From: a virus | Lineage: Duplodnaviria > Caudoviricetes | Direction: 5' to 3' (one strand) | IMG/VR virus record: IMGVR_UViG_3300015256_000001 | Location: 1 to 60,381 of that record | DNA length: 60,381 nucleotides | Part shown: positions 8,857-18,697 of the stretch, in pieces | Layout: each line of letters starts with the position of its first letter | Numbering within the stretch: the first letter of the stretch is position 1 | Made by a program: the position numbers and the translations under genes | Notes under the pieces: model-generated | Databases searched by the model: none | What the model was told of the DNA's origin: nothing | The model's input: only the letters and a program-made list of their open reading frames with translations

Positions 8857-10095
8857 TTACGAGCCAAGAATGCGGCACGCCATCTCGGGGCGCAGCACCT
8901 TCCATCCGCCCAGCACGTCGTACCGATCCACGACGCGATCCGGGCCACCTTCGTAGTACCGGATATGACGGATGCTCAGGTTGAGGTCATTGCTCGAGGC
9001 GCGCGAACCGTCCACGATGCCAGCCGGCGGCAAGTAGAGGTCGCACGTCGCGAACGTGATGAAGTCCTTGTGGTACGCCAAGCCCTGCGCCCCACCCACC
9101 CCTGCGTACGTCGAGGCGTGGCCGAACGTCAAGATGGCGTCGTTGTCCGCCGGGAGCGCCGTCACGTTCTGATACGGCCCGGTCGCCCGGATGGCTTCCG
9201 TGAGGTAGAGCGTCACGTTACCGGAACCGTCCGAACTGGCGTCTGCCGCCACCGCGAACGGGCGCAGCCGATCCCACGCGACCTTCGAGGACGGGTTCAC
9301 GCCGCGGCTGGACGCAAAGGTGACGATGTCGCCTTCCTTCCAGTAGCCAGTCACCGACGCCGAGGCGCCGTCAACGACCACAGACGTAGACCCTTCGGTC
9401 ACTCCGCCAGAGACGTTGACAAGAGGCGTGGTGCCAAGCGCGCCGGCTGTGTGACGGGCCACGTTCTGGTCCATCCCGAACTTGAAGCCCCAGGCCTTCC
9501 CCATTGAGCCATTCCGGTTCTGATCCGAGATGTCGCCCTGGTTGTTGAACTGGGTCGCCTGCGTGTTCAGGATCCCGCCCTGCATGGTCGGGTTGAGCAC
9601 CACGAACCGGCTCGATCCGGTCGGCACCGCGTTGTCCGACAGGCGCGAGCCCGCGTCGATGTAGACCTGGTTCGTGGTCGGGTTGACGCCCTGCACGCCG
9701 ACGTAGTGCGGGACCGTCTTGTAGGCCAGCGCGAGGCCGTCCGAGTCAATCATGTTGCAGATGACGTCCACCGCCGGCTGCATCACCTGTTCGCCGTAGT
9801 CAGTCAGGTTGAGGCTCAACTCCTGCGAGCTAAGCTTGACTGCCTGGTGGTACCGCGTGTTCAGGGTCAACGGTACGAGCTGATCCTGAATCGCCTCCGG
9901 CTCCGCCACTTCTCCACGGCCTCCGGAGAGGATCGGCGGCTTCCTGATGTTGATCGTGACACCCTTGTTCGCACCGGTCCCTCTCCATTCCTTCGACCAC
10001 TCGCGATTCACGGACATCGTGAACGCCAGCGTGTTCTTGAGCCGTGCCAAGAACGTGTTGGAGAGGATCTGAGAATTACGCAGGTCATTGGCCAT
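8857..10095 (-). CDS. Major capsid protein (P22 coat gp5 family)
   Basis: 412 aa; KGVTINIRKP, GFKFGMDQN, GLAYHKDF, RYDVLGGWKVLRPEMACRI. Confidence 0.93.
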   Translation of the reverse strand: MANDLRNSQILSNTFLARLKNTLAFTMSVNREWSKEWRGTGANKGVTINIRKPPILSGGRGEVAEPEAIQDQLVPLTLNTRYHQAVKLSSQELSLNLTDYGEQVMQPAVDVICNMIDSDGLALAYKTVPHYVGVQGVNPTTNQVYIDAGSRLSDNAVPTGSSRFVVLNPTMQGGILNTQATQFNNQGDISDQNRNGSMGKAWGFKFGMDQNVARHTAGALGTTPLVNVSGGVTEGSTSVVVDGASASVTGYWKEGDIVTFASSRGVNPSSKVAWDRLRPFAVAADASSDGSGNVTLYLTEAIRATGPYQNVTALPADNDAILTFGHASTYAGVGGAQGLAYHKDFITFATCDLYLPPAGIVDGSRASSNDLNLSIRHIRYYEGGPDRVVDRYDVLGGWKVLRPEMACRILGS

Positions 10096-10101
10096 GCGTC
10101 T

Positions 10102-11139
10102 CTACCTTTTTCCGCGCCGCTTCTGATCCGCGTCGTACCACTGGAGGAACTCGTCCGTCCCCATGGTCGCTGGATCTTTGGCGCTGATGGCCGAGCCCGG
10201 CACGACGGCCAGCGGCTCAGGCGCCTTGGTTGTTTTCTTGGCAGGGGCAACCGGCTTGACGGCCGGCGGCGTCCCGCCACTTTTGAGGGTCACAGCCAAG
10301 GCACCAATTTCGCGGACTTGATCGATGGGCTCGAGCGCGGCGATGCGCTCTGCCTCCTCCAGATTCTCTGGCTTGGCCAAGTGATACGCGAGAACCGGCC
10401 CCATCTCGCCAGACTTCAACATCGCCTGGTGCATGGGCGCCGGGAGTGGCGCGGCAGACGCGGATAGGACTGCGTCGAAGTCCGGGTGCGCGGCGCGGAA
10501 GCTCTCGATATGGGTCTTGCTGTCGGCGAGAAGCTTGCGCGTGGCACCCACGGCAGCGTTGTGAACCGCCCTGTCGTGTTCGACCTGACGGTTATAGGAC
10601 ATGCGCGCGTCCGTGCGCGCGTCGATGTAATCCTCGTGGCTCGACTCAGGATTCGCAGCCTGGTAGTCGTCCCACGTCTGAAACTGAAACTTAACTGGCG
10701 CCGGAGGCTCTGGCGCGGTAGGTTCAGCCGCTACTGGCTTACCTGCCCGCAGGGCCGCGAGCTCCGCTTCAAGTCTGGCGTTCTTGGCCTGAAGCGTGTC
10801 GAGATGCTGATCTCGATTCGCCAGCTTGGTGTTCAGGGCGATGATCCGCTTGACGTTCCGCTCGATCCGCGCACTCGCGGCCACAGGCGTCTCGTCCGCC
10901 GCTGGCTCCTCGTAACTCTCGTCAGCGACAGGGGCGGATACCGGTGCCGGTACGGCCGGCGTTTCGGGCTCTTCGACAGGCGTCTCCGCCGCTGCCTCTT
11001 CGGCTGGCGTCTCCGCTTCCTCCGCCGTGTGCGTGCCGTCAATCGCGGCCTGCAACTCGGCTTCGGTGTGCCCGTAAGACGTGATGGTCACGTCGTACTC
11101 GGCAGGCGGTTCGACGACTTGTGTTGAGCTTCCGGCCAT
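10102..11139 (-). CDS. Scaffolding protein
   Basis: Acidic N-terminus, coiled coil, HPDFDAV, GPVLAYHLAKPEN; upstream of the coat gene. Confidence 0.8.
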   Translation of the reverse strand: MAGSSTQVVEPPAEYDVTITSYGHTEAELQAAIDGTHTAEEAETPAEEAAAETPVEEPETPAVPAPVSAPVADESYEEPAADETPVAASARIERNVKRIIALNTKLANRDQHLDTLQAKNARLEAELAALRAGKPVAAEPTAPEPPAPVKFQFQTWDDYQAANPESSHEDYIDARTDARMSYNRQVEHDRAVHNAAVGATRKLLADSKTHIESFRAAHPDFDAVLSASAAPLPAPMHQAMLKSGEMGPVLAYHLAKPENLEEAERIAALEPIDQVREIGALAVTLKSGGTPPAVKPVAPAKKTTKAPEPLAVVPGSAISAKDPATMGTDEFLQWYDADQKRRGKR

Positions 11140-11202
11140 GATCTACCTCTGTCGGCTGCGCGTGACTTCGGTGCCCGCGTCACGCGGGTGCGGGATTGGT
11201 GT

Positions 11203-11475
11203 TCAGTGCAACTTGCCGAGCGACTTGTCCACGAAGGCTTCCACGGCCTTGACGTCGGTGAAGACATGCTCTTCGGATGGGACATACGGCCCCATCCCAT
11301 TGCTGTCGTACGACTTCCTCACCGTGAAGCCGTTCTCAACCTTAGTGATCGAGAGGCTTGAACAGGCCGGAGAACCCTTCTTCTTCCCAGGCCGACTGAC
11401 CGACTTCGGCACGGACGGTTGGTACCCGCCGTATTCCGCCATGCTGTGCTTGCTCTTCCGCGTGGCTGTTGCCAT
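11203..11475 (-). CDS. Small hypothetical protein
   Basis: MATATRK..ITKVENGFTVR; start placed after the terminator hairpin. Confidence 0.6.
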   Translation of the reverse strand: MATATRKSKHSMAEYGGYQPSVPKSVSRPGKKKGSPACSSLSITKVENGFTVRKSYDSNGMGPYVPSEEHVFTDVKAVEAFVDKSLGKLH

Positions 11476-11484
11476 TTCTGCCCC

Positions 11485-11532
11485 AAAAAGAAAGAGCCCG
11501 GCAGGGTGTTTACAAGGCACCCTGCCGGGCTC
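11485..11532 (-). terminator. Strong intrinsic terminator-like hairpin
   Basis: 15-bp perfect stem GAGCCCGGCAGGGTG/CACCCTGCCGGGCTC followed by TTTCTTTTT on the minus strand. Confidence 0.85.
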
Positions 11533-11587
11533 GTGTGTACGGCCGCCCGGCCGTTTTGGATTCTGCGCGACGTCAATCTGAATTAGT

Positions 11588-11794
11588 TCATGGTGACTCA
11601 GTATGCACGCGGTAGGGGTTCTTTTCAACCGATTCGGTCGTCACACTCACATGACGCCGCTCCTCCCACCCAGCTAGTGACCCGGTTTTGTCCCAATGAA
11701 GCGTTACGGATCCGCTTCTGACTGGACGCACACCAAGGGCCTCAAGGGCTTTCAGTAGGAGGGAGGCGGCGGCAGATGAGATCGACTTCGTCAC
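11588..11794 (-). CDS. Hypothetical protein
   Basis: 68 aa, GSVTLHWDKTG; fits gene packing. Confidence 0.55.
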   Translation of the reverse strand: MTKSISSAAASLLLKALEALGVRPVRSGSVTLHWDKTGSLAGWEERRHVSVTTESVEKNPYRVHTESP

Positions 11795-11799
11795 GGGAT

Positions 11800-11934
11800 C
11801 TACTTCAGCATCTCTCGCATGGACACAAGCGCGTCAGCCAACGAGGCATTCCGCCGCACCTTCACCCACCACCGGCCACCGCGCCATGCCCGGTAGGCTG
11901 GCCACCAGCCTAGCAACGCGTCCAGGCCAGTCAT
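11800..11934 (-). CDS. Small Trp-rich hypothetical (44 aa, not in track)
   Basis: MTGLDALLGWWPAYRAWRGGRWW..; TAATG overlap with the upstream stop. Confidence 0.45.
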   Translation of the reverse strand: MTGLDALLGWWPAYRAWRGGRWWVKVRRNASLADALVSMREMLK

Positions 11935-12098
11935 TAAAATGGCCTCACGCGTGACCGGAGGTAGTGCTCATTGAATCGAGCCGTCAGCACGTCCAGGTCC
12001 ACGCGCAGCGCCGCCAGTTCTTTCCGCATCTTCGCGTCACGCCGGCTCGCCGCCAGTGTCGCGTCCTGCGGTTTCTTCTTCGTCGCCTTTTTCGCCAT
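11934..12098 (-). CDS. Hypothetical coiled-coil protein
   Basis: MAKKATKKK start with GAGG upstream. Confidence 0.5.
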   Translation of the reverse strand: MAKKATKKKPQDATLAASRRDAKMRKELAALRVDLDVLTARFNEHYLRSRVRPF

Positions 12099-12196
12099 TG
12101 GTTTCTGCCTCTCTATGCGCCACACCCCTTGAGGGCGCAACCCTTGCCACCCATTCCACCAACTGAGCACGTCTCCTGGGTCAACCATCTCGCCTC

Positions 12197-12442
12197 CTAG
12201 TGGACCGACCGCCTCGCCATCTCCGCTCGAACCGCCTCAGAGATGGCCTGTTCGAGGACCGTCAACTCCAGCCCAAGCGTCTCGTCTTCGTGCTCGATGC
12301 GGTCCTGGAGTGACTCACGCACGCTCCTCATGAGGGCTATCGCCAGCTTCCAATTCCCTGGCCTGACGACTGGAGCCGTGAGCCCGCCTGCAAGTAGGAT
12401 CTGGTCAACCACGGCTTTTGACGGCATACGATGACTCCTCAA
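12197..12442 (-). CDS. Hypothetical protein
   Basis: 81 aa, operon packing. Confidence 0.5.
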   Translation of the reverse strand: MRSHRMPSKAVVDQILLAGGLTAPVVRPGNWKLAIALMRSVRESLQDRIEHEDETLGLELTVLEQAISEAVRAEMARRSVH

Positions 12443-12684
12443 TCACCGGGATCTATCTTCACGCTGAGCGACGGTCGCGCTGTAAGGCCGACCAAGTGTA
12501 ATACCGCCAACCTACTACACATTGAGCACGTCCACGGATCCGTCCTGTCTGATGGGCTCCCAGTGACAAACGCATCCTGCCCACACGCGCATACTACTTG
12601 AACCGCCTCCTTCTGTCTCTCGCAGTAGGTGCGATGGTCCACTTCGGCTGGCCCAAGGGCCTCACCTCGCCCGTTGCGTCTCAT
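12439..12684 (-). CDS. Zn-ribbon hypothetical protein
   Basis: CACG..CSMC; ATGA overlap. Confidence 0.5.
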   Translation of the reverse strand: MRRNGRGEALGPAEVDHRTYCERQKEAVQVVCACGQDAFVTGSPSDRTDPWTCSMCSRLAVLHLVGLTARPSLSVKIDPGD

Positions 12685-13145
12685 TTGAACACCCCGCAGT
12701 CGTAGAGCCCTCCGATGATCTGCTTGTCGATCCGGCCTAGCGCATAGCAGAACCGTTCTTCCGGTGAATCCCTGGCCTGCATCACTGGCGCGTGAGCCCT
12801 GACCGGCTGTGCCTCGTCCAGTATATGCCCAGCAAACCCCATTCGCCGCGCCCATGCCAGTGCAATGTGCCCTGACTCGTGCGCGACCACTTCATTGCCA
12901 GCCGTCCTCGCCAGAAACATGGCCTCACCAGCGAATTTACCAGTCTTCCATCGCCGGTCGTAGGACGCCGTGCGCCACGGCATCACAATGGCCAGCGTCC
13001 CTCGCCCTGGCGTCCGCCCACACTCACGAATCCTGGCGCACATCGCGCGCGAAGTGTCGAAGATCCGAACCACGTAGTACAAGCCGTGGCGAGACTCAGG
13101 ATACACGCGGAACTCGTGCCGCTGCCCACGCGGAATCTGTCTCAT
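12681..13145 (-). CDS. Small zincin-like (HExxH) protein
   Basis: VVAHESGH..EERFCYALG. Confidence 0.6.
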   Translation of the reverse strand: MRQIPRGQRHEFRVYPESRHGLYYVVRIFDTSRAMCARIRECGRTPGRGTLAIVMPWRTASYDRRWKTGKFAGEAMFLARTAGNEVVAHESGHIALAWARRMGFAGHILDEAQPVRAHAPVMQARDSPEERFCYALGRIDKQIIGGLYDCGVFK

Positions 13146-13384
13146 CCCACCACCAACGAGATAGGTTGCAGTGGCTTTCCGCCGGCACGTACGAACACGT
13201 AGATGTCGGCTCCGCTCTCCACGAGGTGACGGTCCTCGTCAGACAGCTTCCACCTCGACACCACATACCCATCTGGGGTCACGGCGGCTGGAAGGTCTTT
13301 AGCCACCTCTTGATTACTCGACGTGATCAACTCCACGCGAGTGCCAGGCTCCATCCGGTCTACGTCGATCAGCACTGGTGTCAT
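13142..13384 (-). CDS. Hypothetical protein
   Basis: VVSRWKLSDEDR..GKPLQPISL; GAGG upstream. Confidence 0.6.
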   Translation of the reverse strand: MTPVLIDVDRMEPGTRVELITSSNQEVAKDLPAAVTPDGYVVSRWKLSDEDRHLVESGADIYVFVRAGGKPLQPISLVVG

Positions 13385-13388
13385 GACC

Positions 13389-15761
13389 TCACCCCAACTC
13401 CGGCGCCGCTGATACAGGACTCGGCCGACCCGGCGCGACCGGCGCTGATGCCGCCGCCGCCTGAGCATCAGCCGCCTGGGCCTGGGCCGTGGCCTGCTGG
13501 AGGAACGTATTGATGCGCTCAATCTCGGCCTTGAGCAACAGCCGGCGGTCAGCGCTCTCCTCCGTCGTGATCAACTTGGCCAGATCGACATACATCTCCA
13601 TCGCCGCGATTTCCTTCTTCCCGGCGTAGTCGAGCCGCTTCGTCTCGATGATCCGCTCCTGTTCAGAGAGCTTCATCATCATGGCTCGCTCGCGTTCCTT
13701 CATCTCCTGCATCTGCTGGATGACTTGGGGCGGGATCTCCGGCGTGTTCTCGTCACCGTCGTCCCTGAGCCCTGGCGGGAGCATCTTATTGGCCCGATCC
13801 GCCATTCTCCGACCCACAGGCGTGTCGAGCAACTGGAGCAAGAGGTCCATCATGTTGACCGCGTAGCCTGGCGGCATCATCTTCATGACTTCGGTCACGA
13901 TGTCGATGTCTTCCTGCCTGCGGGAGCCCGGTGACGGCGCGGCGGTCACTTCGACGTCGTATTCGCCCGTCCCAATGTCGAATATCTCCTTGACGCCTTC
14001 GGGCATCTGGAAATTGGGGTCTTGGCGAGGGTCGTTGTCCTTGCCAGCGTAGACCATGATCGCCCGTTTCTTGCCGTCATCGCCTGTGATCCGCACAACC
14101 TGCGCGACGTCGTAGATTTCACGGAAGATCCTGATCAACTGCTTCCCGCCACTCGTGATGGCTATCCTCCGGTTCCGCGTGTAGTGGCTCTGGCTCATCT
14201 CGTCCTGCCGTTGGCGTGACGTGATGGCGCGGCCGCTCTCCTGTGGGCCGGATTCGCCGAGACTGGCGTCGTGCCACCGGGCCGTGGCCTTCATGTCGTT
14301 CTCGGCCTGCCTGATCGCGAGGTTCATCGACTGCAACCCCTGCGCTTCAGCGAACTGCCTTTGCGGAGGCGGCGCCACACGCCCATCCGGGAGCATGATC
14401 GGCTCCGTCTCGAGGAAGGCGTGCTTCTTCGACCCTGCCGTGGCCCAGGACTTCCGCATTGCGGTGTTCTCGGCCCCGAAGACCCCTCGGTAGCCCACGA
14501 ATGGGGCCTTCGGGAAGTCATTCACCGACTCGGCGAGGGCTGACACGTGGACGTTGTAGACCTTCTGGCTCCCCATCACGTCCTGCGTGACCCCACGGAG
14601 CTCTGTTTCGCCGTCGATAGCGCTCTCGTTGCCGATCATGGGGATGAACGGCTGCCATGGGGTTGGCCATGTCGTCTCGGAATGCACATACTGGGCGTCA
14701 ATCACGCGCCAGACCATCCGGCGGAGCTTCAGCGGCCGACTTCGACCGGTCCCGAACTGCTTCAGGAAGGCATCCTTGGCCGTCTTTTCCCATCCCTTGG
14801 CTCGATCCACGGTCAGCGGCGAGCCAGTGGCCATGAGCATCTGATCTTCTTGCTCTGCCTGCGCGAGGACGGCGTCTTCAAGCTCTTTTTCGTTCAGATC
14901 AGGCCCGTTTTTCATCTCGTAGAGGGTGGACGGCGTGTATTCCGCGCAGAACCAGTGCTTGATCGAAACTTTCTCGTCTGAGGGGAACCAATCGAGGCTT
15001 TCATCAACACCAGGACTGCCCTCAGCCCATGCCAGCATGGTCTTTTCCGGCCGAGCCTTCTTCCCGCCGTCGCCGTAGACCGCGTCCCAGGTGGCGATGT
15101 CGATGTCGGTGTCGTAGAACGCGAACTCCGCGTCCGATTGATCCTTCTCGGCCGCGCTCGAGTCCACTTTCACGCGGAATGGGTCGATGATCCGGTGAAG
15201 ACTGGCCTTCATCTTCCATGATTTGTCGTCGCAGTAGGACGTCCGGACCCAGAAGTAGCCCCGGCCCATCTCGCACTGAGCGTCTCCGGCCGTGCTGTAG
15301 ACGTCTTCCGCTACGCTGTTGACCTCCACGTTCCGAATGAGGCCAGCGAGGATCGCCGCTGTCTTCGGATCCGAATGATCATCGACCGGCTTGACCTGAA
15401 TCAGGAGGTTGGCCGCGTCACCCATGTTCCGGGCCATGTCCACAAACCCAGCGCACCGGTTCACTGTGACCACTGGACGGCGCTCTGCCTCCCGCTCCGC
15501 CACGATGTGCTCTGGCCATTGGTAGTGCTTGTTCCCCACCACGCCAAGGCGGAACCGGCGAGCCTCGATCATGTCCTGCCGGAGGCGCCGCTCTGACCTC
15601 ACCACGGACCTGTACTGCAACATCGCACGGGCGATCAGCCTCTCCTGGCCCTTCAGGTTCCGCATCTCCTCTGAGTCAACAGAGGGCGCCTGCTGGACGG
15701 CACTGGTGACTGAGATGGGATCGTGAGAGATTCTGATCTCGCCAGTTCCGTCTTCGGTCAT
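13389..15761 (-). CDS. Portal protein (P22-like)
   Basis: 790 aa; QW..RPVVTVN, GRGYFWV, PFIPMIG, ESGRAITSRQRQ, GEYDVEV; C-terminal helical barrel. Confidence 0.93.
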   Translation of the reverse strand: MTEDGTGEIRISHDPISVTSAVQQAPSVDSEEMRNLKGQERLIARAMLQYRSVVRSERRLRQDMIEARRFRLGVVGNKHYQWPEHIVAEREAERRPVVTVNRCAGFVDMARNMGDAANLLIQVKPVDDHSDPKTAAILAGLIRNVEVNSVAEDVYSTAGDAQCEMGRGYFWVRTSYCDDKSWKMKASLHRIIDPFRVKVDSSAAEKDQSDAEFAFYDTDIDIATWDAVYGDGGKKARPEKTMLAWAEGSPGVDESLDWFPSDEKVSIKHWFCAEYTPSTLYEMKNGPDLNEKELEDAVLAQAEQEDQMLMATGSPLTVDRAKGWEKTAKDAFLKQFGTGRSRPLKLRRMVWRVIDAQYVHSETTWPTPWQPFIPMIGNESAIDGETELRGVTQDVMGSQKVYNVHVSALAESVNDFPKAPFVGYRGVFGAENTAMRKSWATAGSKKHAFLETEPIMLPDGRVAPPPQRQFAEAQGLQSMNLAIRQAENDMKATARWHDASLGESGPQESGRAITSRQRQDEMSQSHYTRNRRIAITSGGKQLIRIFREIYDVAQVVRITGDDGKKRAIMVYAGKDNDPRQDPNFQMPEGVKEIFDIGTGEYDVEVTAAPSPGSRRQEDIDIVTEVMKMMPPGYAVNMMDLLLQLLDTPVGRRMADRANKMLPPGLRDDGDENTPEIPPQVIQQMQEMKERERAMMMKLSEQERIIETKRLDYAGKKEIAAMEMYVDLAKLITTEESADRRLLLKAEIERINTFLQQATAQAQAADAQAAAASAPVAPGRPSPVSAAPELG

Positions 15762-16027
15762 ACTCTCACCTCTTCGGACGCGCGGACGGCATAGAGCCGC
15801 GCTAGGCTCTCCAGTGTCTCACGAAGCTCTGTCGCCTCGGCCGTCGTGGCGCATCGCACGATACAGGCGACGACCCGTGATTCAGGTCCAGTCTCCTGCG
15901 CCACAGCCCCAGATGGGCAGAGGCTCGTCCTGGAGGCGAGCCACATGAGTTTCTTTAGGAGCCGCTGCCACACTGGTCCACCAACACGCATGTTGGGCGG
16001 ACGCCGTCGCCGCCTAACCCTCGGCAT
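15758..16027 (-). CDS. Hypothetical protein
   Basis: 89 aa, ATGA overlap with portal. Confidence 0.5.
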   Translation of the reverse strand: MPRVRRRRRPPNMRVGGPVWQRLLKKLMWLASRTSLCPSGAVAQETGPESRVVACIVRCATTAEATELRETLESLARLYAVRASEEVRV

Positions 16028-16337
16028 TGGGCTTCTCCGGACTCATGATGGGCAATCCGCCGAACCTGAGCACATGCGGGTGATGTCGCTGGTAGTGCTC
16101 CATCAGCTTCGCCTGCGCGAGTGGTCGAATCTTCGACCTGATGGCAGTCCCACACAGCGAGCACATCACCGTGAGGATACTAGCCTCTTTCTGGGCCTTC
16201 CGGAGCACCAACCGGCGGCGGCGAGCGGCTGACATGGACGGCCGACCGGCCAACCCTGGCATACGGTAGGGTGGCTCGATGAACTTGTTCTGCTTCGCCT
16301 CAGTCTCGATCTTCTCTTCGATTGGCTCGTCCGTCAT
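16014..16337 (-). CDS. C2H2-like Zn-finger protein
   Basis: CSLC..HYQRHH; GGAGG upstream. Confidence 0.55.
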   Translation of the reverse strand: MTDEPIEEKIETEAKQNKFIEPPYRMPGLAGRPSMSAARRRRLVLRKAQKEASILTVMCSLCGTAIRSKIRPLAQAKLMEHYQRHHPHVLRFGGLPIMSPEKPNAEG

Positions 16338-16497
16338 CGCGTCCTCCGTCTCGTTGCTTGAGCATCCACGCCCAGTACGCACCTTCTGGGTCGCCTGGGG
16401 ACATGGCTGGGTCGAAGTAGTATTCGCCGAGCTCCTTGTGCCAGCGGCAGTGATAGCCGGCCTTGAACGCCTCCTCGATCTTCTCGCTCGTGCTCAT
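16300..16497 (-). CDS. Hypothetical protein
   Basis: EEAFKAGY; ATGA overlap. Confidence 0.45.
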   Translation of the reverse strand: MSTSEKIEEAFKAGYHCRWHKELGEYYFDPAMSPGDPEGAYWAWMLKQRDGGRDDGRANRREDRD

Positions 16498-16787
16498 TCG
16501 TCGAACTCCTTGTAGAACACCTTCCCGTCGCTGATCCGCTTCAGGTTCAGCTGATACCGGCTGTCGCCGCACTCTGGGTCAAGTTCGCCTGCGTATTGCT
16601 CTCCGCCATACCTGATGAAACTCAGCTGCCGGCAGCAATCGCAGGCCATATTCCCGTCAGACCAGTAGAACGAGTCAGGGTCGTTGGATTCAGCCAGATC
16701 GACTTTCGCCAGATCGCGTCCCTCTCGCACCTCTCCAGTTGCCACGTTCCGGATCCGCACCAATACCTGCTCATCTGTCTCACTCAT
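16494..16787 (-). CDS. Cys-rich phage hypothetical
   Basis: FYWSDGNMACDCCR..ECG; ATGA overlap with terL. Confidence 0.6.
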   Translation of the reverse strand: MSETDEQVLVRIRNVATGEVREGRDLAKVDLAESNDPDSFYWSDGNMACDCCRQLSFIRYGGEQYAGELDPECGDSRYQLNLKRISDGKVFYKEFDE

Positions 16788-18235
16788 GACATCCACCCCT
16801 GCGACTGCCCGCCACTGAACTTTGCGTACTCGTCCTCTTCCGCCTTCTCTACCTCGCCCTCTGGTACCTGGTGTCGAATCGCGAGGCCGCGAAACGCATC
16901 CGATCCGTGGCTCGCCCAGTTGTGAACCGGCGTCCCGGTATACTCCCCGGTCTGCGTGTTCTTCCGCTTCCGGTAGTGCCGAAGGCACTCGATGCCACGG
17001 TCACACCGCGTCTCGTCAAACCAGCATTTTGAGAGGAACAACCGCGAGGCTGTGATCCCCTCCGCCAATCCAAGGCCTGGGCGAGGATACTCGAACGTCA
17101 AGCCCAGCGAGGCCGCCGTCTCGCGCCGGCTCTTCCCGGTGCCCAACTCCCTCACTTTGATGTCCGGCGGCGGATAGTGCCGGCCGTAGACATACCCGAG
17201 CTTTTCGCGTCTCTCAGCCAATACCGTCACGAAATGCGGGAAGCCCTCACCGGTCGCTTCGTAGTAGTCAATCAACCTCACCTCGCCTGATCGGAACGAC
17301 TGGCTGAACCAGATCGATGTACTGTCGTCGATCCCGAGATCCCAATCGGTGTCCACCGGCAGCGCCGGATCGTGCGGCACGCGCGTGATCCGCCCCTGCG
17401 CCTTCGCGGCGGCCATCTCCTTCCGATAGAACGACCCCTGGATGCTGGCGTCAATGGACAGGAACCATTCCTGGTCGTAGGCGTCCTGCGTCATCAGGGC
17501 CTTGGCGATCTGCTTCCGGTCGTCCTCCATGGCTTGTTCAAGTACCTGAATCGTGATGCCGGCCTCCGTCGCGAGGCTCTGGTCCACGTCCTGCCACAAG
17601 GTGAACCACTCCGGATCGTCCTTCGACGCCATGTAGGTCTGCCAGAGCTGATCCTTCCCCTTCAACGTGCCGGCGAAGATCGCGTAACCCAAGTGGTCGC
17701 CAAGGCCCTTCGAGATGACCTCCGAGTAGATCGAGTTGTCCATCTGCGGATACTCGTCGAAGCTGACCCCGGAGAACCCAATCGACCGGAAACTGTCAGG
17801 GTTGTCCGCTCCGAAAAGTTGCAGCTTGTTCCCGGTGGGATACCGGATCAGCAACTCTGACTCGTTGAACTGCACCCCAGGTACTACACGCGCGAAGAAC
17901 TTCAGCCGGTCCCATGCCGCCGCCTTCGCCTGCGCCCGTAAGGGCAGGATGTTGCCGTAGTGCCGCCCGCCTGGCGGGTTCATGAGTTCGCGTAGGTTAG
18001 CCTCGGTGAGGCTGGGCCGGAGGTGGAGCAGCCTGTTTCGCTCCCAGTTGTCGTCTGTCGCCGCCCGCTGATGATGGTTGATGATCGCCGTGGTCTTGCC
18101 GGCGCGACGGTGGAGAATGAGCGCGGCGAAGCGGCACAGGCTGGCGTGGAACCGTTTCCCCCATCGACGTGGGGCATACGGCACGTCCACAATCGTGGGT
18201 TCAGGCTCAGGTTTCGGAGCGGCCTTGAATTGCAC
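16784..18235 (-). CDS. terL: Terminase large subunit
   Basis: Walker A HRRAGKT, GADNPDSFRS, FDEY, nuclease WDLG.DD and HGSDAFR. Confidence 0.95.
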   Translation of the reverse strand: MQFKAAPKPEPEPTIVDVPYAPRRWGKRFHASLCRFAALILHRRAGKTTAIINHHQRAATDDNWERNRLLHLRPSLTEANLRELMNPPGGRHYGNILPLRAQAKAAAWDRLKFFARVVPGVQFNESELLIRYPTGNKLQLFGADNPDSFRSIGFSGVSFDEYPQMDNSIYSEVISKGLGDHLGYAIFAGTLKGKDQLWQTYMASKDDPEWFTLWQDVDQSLATEAGITIQVLEQAMEDDRKQIAKALMTQDAYDQEWFLSIDASIQGSFYRKEMAAAKAQGRITRVPHDPALPVDTDWDLGIDDSTSIWFSQSFRSGEVRLIDYYEATGEGFPHFVTVLAERREKLGYVYGRHYPPPDIKVRELGTGKSRRETAASLGLTFEYPRPGLGLAEGITASRLFLSKCWFDETRCDRGIECLRHYRKRKNTQTGEYTGTPVHNWASHGSDAFRGLAIRHQVPEGEVEKAEEDEYAKFSGGQSQGWMS

Positions 18236-18241
18236 TCAGCC

Positions 18242-18586
18242 CTACTCCTCTTCGGGCGTGTTCTGCCACCGCAAGACCAGCCCGCCACTCACCGCCACGG
18301 CCTGCTCCTGCTCCTTCGGCTTGTCGATGGTCCGGTCCATCAGATCCTTGAACGCGGCCGTCGAAGGCGCGTCGATCCAGACCTCGAGCCGCTCGCCCTT
18401 CACATGCCGCTCAGACGCCCGCCGGATAGATCCGTCAGATGTCCGGACCACGACCCGCTTGAGGCCCTTCGCCAACTCCACCTGTGCGGCCACCATCTCT
18501 TCCATTTCGCGCATCACAAGGATCCGAAGCGCCTCGCGGGCCACCTCCTTGGTCATCATTGCGCGTGTGATCTTCGTCTTGGCCAT
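18242..18586 (-). CDS. terS: Terminase small subunit (putative)
   Basis: Directly upstream of terL; AAFKDLMDRTIDKPKE..VSGGLVLRW C-terminus. Confidence 0.65.
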   Translation of the reverse strand: MAKTKITRAMMTKEVAREALRILVMREMEEMVAAQVELAKGLKRVVVRTSDGSIRRASERHVKGERLEVWIDAPSTAAFKDLMDRTIDKPKEQEQAVAVSGGLVLRWQNTPEEE

Positions 18587-18595
18587 GAGCAGAGT

Positions 18596-18697
18596 CTACC
18601 ACCCTAACGCGCCAACGATCAGGACGACCACCGCTAGTGCCGCGAAGCCGCAGCAGATCGCCATCGCCGCCGTTGACTCCACTTGTCTCATGTCCAT
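18596..18697 (-). CDS. 33-aa single-TM peptide (not in track)
   Basis: MDMRQVESTAAMAICCGFAALAVVVLIVGALGW. Confidence 0.45.
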   Translation of the reverse strand: MDMRQVESTAAMAICCGFAALAVVVLIVGALGW

